Under the pieces are notes generated by a model. It was not told where the DNA came from, made no database searches, and worked only from the letters and a program-made list of their open reading frames with translations. DNA of 55,711 nt, the filler included, from Platydemus manokwari (Eukaryota), in assembly GCA_037951405.1 (NCBI GenBank). It is 5 parts of 5 records of this genome, joined end to end, with 100 filler letters (N's around TTAATTAATTAA, not from the genome) between each part and the next. Parts side by side here need not be neighbours in the genome. Positions count along the whole stretch, not along the records: positions 46,557 to 55,711 come from JBBMOY011291095.1; 4 more parts are not named here. The stretch is one strand, 5' to 3'. This document shows positions 54,726 to 55,711 of this stretch, one piece after another. The translations under genes were made by a program, and so were the position numbers. The number at the start of each line of letters is the position of its first letter. Within the stretch, counting starts at the first letter, position 1.

Positions 54726-55711
54726 AACAGAAATAACTATCTTATTTTTTCTAACTTTTGATGTTAATATTATTAGTTTTAATGTCTTTTGTATTATGTA
54801 ATTTATCTTTTAACAGAGTTTATGATAATAATTCATTCTATATATGAGTTTGACATTCTTTGACATTGAACAATATCTTTCGTGTACATTTTTATAAAAA
54901 TAAATGAAATTTAATAACTTTTAAGTTATGTTTATAAATTTGGTATTCTTATTGTTCTGGCGTAATACTGCGATAATTTTAATCGTCAAATATTGTTGGA
55001 TCTTGATCCCGAATAGCCAAACAATTGCTGATTCGAAAATCGAAGATTGTAAGATCTGTTTCTATCTCTCGTACTAATCAATGCGATTCACAAAATATCA
55101 CATAATTACGACTAAAACTTGACTTTCAACTACACTCATAAATTTAATAAAATATCTTAACAAAAGTAAATAAAAAATTGACTTTCAATTAGAAGTTGGC
55201 CATCTTTACATCAGTATTTATACTTGAGATCTGTGTGTAATTTTTGTGCCACATTTTCATTTGATCTTTACTGTTCAATATTTCTATTTGAATTATTAGT
55301 TTTTCTAAATGTGAGATTGTTCAATCCATACGTGCGTTTTGTGTGACTTTGCCTTTTTTCCAATTATTGTTTTCCATCTAACTCAGGTGTGATTGGTTAA
55401 TTTCCATACCTATATGGTTTTGTGGCCATGCAAATCCGCTTTTCTTTTGCAAAATTTCGTCTCACTAAGCAACATTACAATTCTGAAGATACATCAATAT
55501 GACTTATGCTAGGAAAGGGTAACAAAGTACACCATATTACAGATCTATCAAACAGTCTCAAATTGAAAATAAGTAATAGTGATTTGCAGTTATCACATGC
55601 AAGAAGGCATACTAGTATTGTCGAACTAGTTTTAATTTAAAGCTTTACTCATAAGTCGGGACACCAATTTGCCTCTTGATTATTTTAAATATTAGAGATT
55701 TATTTTCAAAA

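Overview
AT-rich animal genomic DNA with GT-AG introns mostly 43-62 bp. TRAF duplication, mariner debris and (AAT)n tracts are most consistent with a flatworm such as a planarian (inference). The window is five contigs (1-10251, 10352-21292, 21393-31388, 31489-46456, 46557-55711) joined by artificial 100-nt spacers (N44-TTAATTAATTAA-N44), so adjacency across spacers is unproven. Genes: an intronless secreted protein of unknown function, the 3' part of C2CD3, a 4-exon orphan coiled-coil gene, a complete TRAF (RING-Zn-coiled coil-MATH) plus a TRAF pseudogene, the 3' part of an HOIL-1L/RBCK1-like RBR ligase, a Pax gene with only the PAI half of the paired domain plus an octapeptide-like motif, and the 3' half of a clan-3 CYP450. 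Mobile elements: a decayed REL-type non-LTR element, two Gypsy fragments, a TRIM-like miniature LTR element, two long-TIR mariner derivatives, a Merlin fragment and a probable MITE. Most unusual: a decayed ORF carrying a REX4/ISG20-like DEDDh domain fused to a coiled coil, the PAI-only Pax with a phase-compatible junction to CYP exons, and the TRIM.
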